Shown: one piece after another, positions 62,066 through 64,000 of the stretch
Position numbering within the stretch: position 1 is the stretch's first letter
Layout of the letters: each line of letters begins with the position of its first letter
From: Bacteroidota bacterium
GTDB taxonomy: Bacteria > Bacteroidota > Bacteroidia > AKYH767-A > OLB10
NCBI GenBank assembly: GCA_025352785.1
Contig: JANXSD010000009.1
Location: 5,402-69,401, forward strand
Length of the DNA: 64,000 nt
Direction: 5' to 3'
Program-made: the position numbers and the translations under genes
Notes under the pieces: generated by a model
The model's database searches: none
The model's input: the letters and a program-made list of their open reading frames with translations, nothing else
What the model was told of the DNA's origin: nothing

Positions 62066-64000
62066 GTGCGTTCAACTACTCTCATTTCCACCTTCTTTAG
62101 TCTTTGTTTGATATTGTTATTCTCCGCTTCCAAAGGGCAGAAGCAAGATAGATATTGGTATTTTGGAAATAGAGCAGCTCTAAATTTCAATACAACGCCG
62201 CCCACTCCTCTCGCAAATTCAAATATGAATGCTTATGAAGGATGTGCCACGGCATCAGATACTGCGGGAAATTTATTATTTTATACTGATGGCGCTACTG
62301 TCTGGAACGCCAATCATGTTCCGATGTTAAATGGAAGCGGACTTTTCGGATACGGTAGTACTCAAGCTGCGATAGTTGTTCCAGCTCCACTTAACTTAAA
62401 TAAATATTACATATTTACGGTGGATACTAATGGAGGTATTAGAGGTTTCTGTTATAGTGAAGTTGATATGACCCTGAATGGAGGATTGGGAGACATAACT
62501 ATAAAAAACACACTTATCCAAACTCCAGTTGCCGAAAAACTTACTGCTACACATGACGCAAATAATGTGGATGTATGGGTCGTAGTTCATGGATGGAATT
62601 CAAATGCTTTTTACTCCTATAAAGTTACATCGACAGGTGTAAACTTAACGCCAATGATTAGTTCGGTGGGCGCTGTTCAGGGTGGTGTTTACACCAATTC
62701 GCACGGATACATGAAAATTTCTCCGAATTCAAAAAGGATAGCTTGTGCTATTAGAGGGTTACGACAAGCCGAATCATTCGACTTTAACAACTCCTCTGGT
62801 CAAATTAGTAACCCTGTAAACTTTACTTATACACGTGATGTGTATGGGTTAGAGTTTTCGCCAAATAGTAATCTCCTTTATGTGGCAAATTTCTCATCTA
62901 ATTCTGACATCAATCAATACGATCTTTTGGCTGGATCTCCAGCAGCAATCGCAGCATCAGCAACCGTTATAGGTACTTCAAGTGGATTTATGGGTGCTAT
63001 GCAATTAGGACCCAATGGTAAGATTTATGGCACTCAATTTCTAAAAACCTCTCTTATTGTAATCGATCAGCCTAACCTTTCTGGTACCTTCTGCGCTTTC
63101 AATAATTCAGGTCAAAGTGTTGCCCCTGGTACTACCACTAATTACGGATTACCAAATATTTTGTTAAGCTATTTTATCACTGCTGATTTTACTTATGTCG
63201 ATACCTGCTCGAGTGCTCCAACTACATTCACATTACAGTTTTCACCAGGAATCGCCGATTCTGTTCGATGGAATTTTGCCGATCCTGCATCAGGAGCTGC
63301 AAATACGAGCATACAAAGCAATCCGCAACATACCTTTGTGGCAGGTGGCTATTATAGTGTTCAACTAATTGCTTACCAAGGAGTATTATCTGATACCGTA
63401 ACCCACCTAATTCAAATCATCGAGCGACCAGCTCCCAATTTAGGTAATGATATCTCTGCATGTCAGGGAAATTCATTCATGTTTTATCCGGGAAATTTTA
63501 CTGGCGATATCATTACCTGGAAAGACAACAGCTCAGGACCAACATTTACATCGACCATTTCAGATACTATTTGGGTTACTGTTGATCGTATCGGTTGCAT
63601 TGGAAGTGATACTGTAATCTTAAAAATAAATCCGATTCCGTTTATAGATTTTGGTTTAGATAAAACAATATGTAGTAGCGACACTTTGCGCTTAGATGCC
63701 ACAACACCATCTGCAACCTATTTATGGCAAGATGGAAGTACTAAATCCTATTATGATGTAAGCGTTACTAACAATTATGGCGTAAGTATAACTGTAAATG
63801 GATGCATTGGAGGAGATACTATTTATGTTACCTCAAATCCAGCACCTATTGTATATTTAGGTAATGATACTACCATTTGTAAAGGCTTTCAATTGTTTCT
63901 TGATGTAACAAGTCCGGATCCAAATGCAACTTATAATTGGCAAGATGGAACTGCAAATTCCATCTATTTCGTTTCGAATCCGGGTCTATATTATGTAACC
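62066..64000 (+). CDS. Large secreted repetitive adhesin-like protein (partial, runs off the window); intact paralog of the 46485 pseudogene
   Basis: Absent from the ORF track. A continuous frame opens after TAA at 61994. GTG at 62066 gives MRSTTLISTFFSLCLILLFSASKGQKQ, then DRYWYFGNRAALNFNTTPPT..., which parallels NIWCFGDSAGINFKTNPPT... in the 46485 ORF. Downstream there are repeated modules of about 80 aa (LGNDxxxCxG...ATYxWQDGST...NGC..DTI). Confidence 0.5.
   Translation, partial: MRSTTLISTFFSLCLILLFSASKGQKQDRYWYFGNRAALNFNTTPPTPLANSNMNAYEGCATASDTAGNLLFYTDGATVWNANHVPMLNGSGLFGYGSTQAAIVVPAPLNLNKYYIFTVDTNGGIRGFCYSEVDMTLNGGLGDITIKNTLIQTPVAEKLTATHDANNVDVWVVVHGWNSNAFYSYKVTSTGVNLTPMISSVGAVQGGVYTNSHGYMKISPNSKRIACAIRGLRQAESFDFNNSSGQISNPVNFTYTRDVYGLEFSPNSNLLYVANFSSNSDINQYDLLAGSPAAIAASATVIGTSSGFMGAMQLGPNGKIYGTQFLKTSLIVIDQPNLSGTFCAFNNSGQSVAPGTTTNYGLPNILLSYFITADFTYVDTCSSAPTTFTLQFSPGIADSVRWNFADPASGAANTSIQSNPQHTFVAGGYYSVQLIAYQGVLSDTVTHLIQIIERPAPNLGNDISACQGNSFMFYPGNFTGDIITWKDNSSGPTFTSTISDTIWVTVDRIGCIGSDTVILKINPIPFIDFGLDKTICSSDTLRLDATTPSATYLWQDGSTKSYYDVSVTNNYGVSITVNGCIGGDTIYVTSNPAPIVYLGNDTTICKGFQLFLDVTSPDPNATYNWQDGTANSIYFVSNPGLYYVT

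Noticed and set aside
1-64000. CRISPR arrays, IS elements, integrases, rRNA
   Set aside because: No regularly spaced direct repeats, no transposase or integrase-like ORFs, and no rRNA-like conserved stretches were seen.

Overview
This is a low-GC (about 33-35%) Bacteroidetes-type chromosomal window. The phylum call rests on four T9SS C-terminal sorting domains, an LptD/LptFG/Mla envelope set, SusD-free housekeeping context and the absence of Shine-Dalgarno-type spacing. It is densely coding on both strands with about 46 genes, and I saw no rRNA, convincing tRNA, CRISPR array, transposase or integrase.

The housekeeping backbone comprises RNase Y, UDP-GlcNAc 2-epimerase, a translationally coupled tRNA-modification run (trmH-tatD-tcdA-tgt), LptF/G, a futalosine-pathway radical SAM enzyme, queE-folD-ffh, LptD, an AmiC-like amidase with SPOR domain, mlaEFD, a DEAD-box helicase and an M16 peptidase.

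The accessory or notable content is as follows:
- Two paralogous T9SS-secreted M43B (pappalysin/ulilysin-like) metalloproteases flank an orphan OmpR-type response regulator and a 526-aa polytopic membrane protein. One protease carries a perfect 276-nt tandem FN3 duplication.
- A T9SS-tagged GH85-like endo-beta-N-acetylglucosaminidase.
- A VWA plus ChlI-like AAA+ ATPase pair.
- A PF01637-type ATPase.
- A divergent cyanophycin synthetase/cyanophycinase pair.
- An HK/RR two-component pair next to a small secreted proline-rich protein broken by a single in-frame TAA.
- A T9SS adhesin-like gene (46485-47993) split by two in-frame TGA codons, with an intact large repetitive paralog at 62066->64000. 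The ORF track missed this paralog completely because it has a GTG start and runs off the window.
- An AT-rich island (about 38.0-39.07 kb) carrying an orphan tail-anchored small protein.

Nothing here resembles a classical defence island. The most system-like candidates of unknown function are the M43-RR-membrane-M43 cluster, the VWA/AAA+ pair and the nonsense-interrupted T9SS adhesin family.
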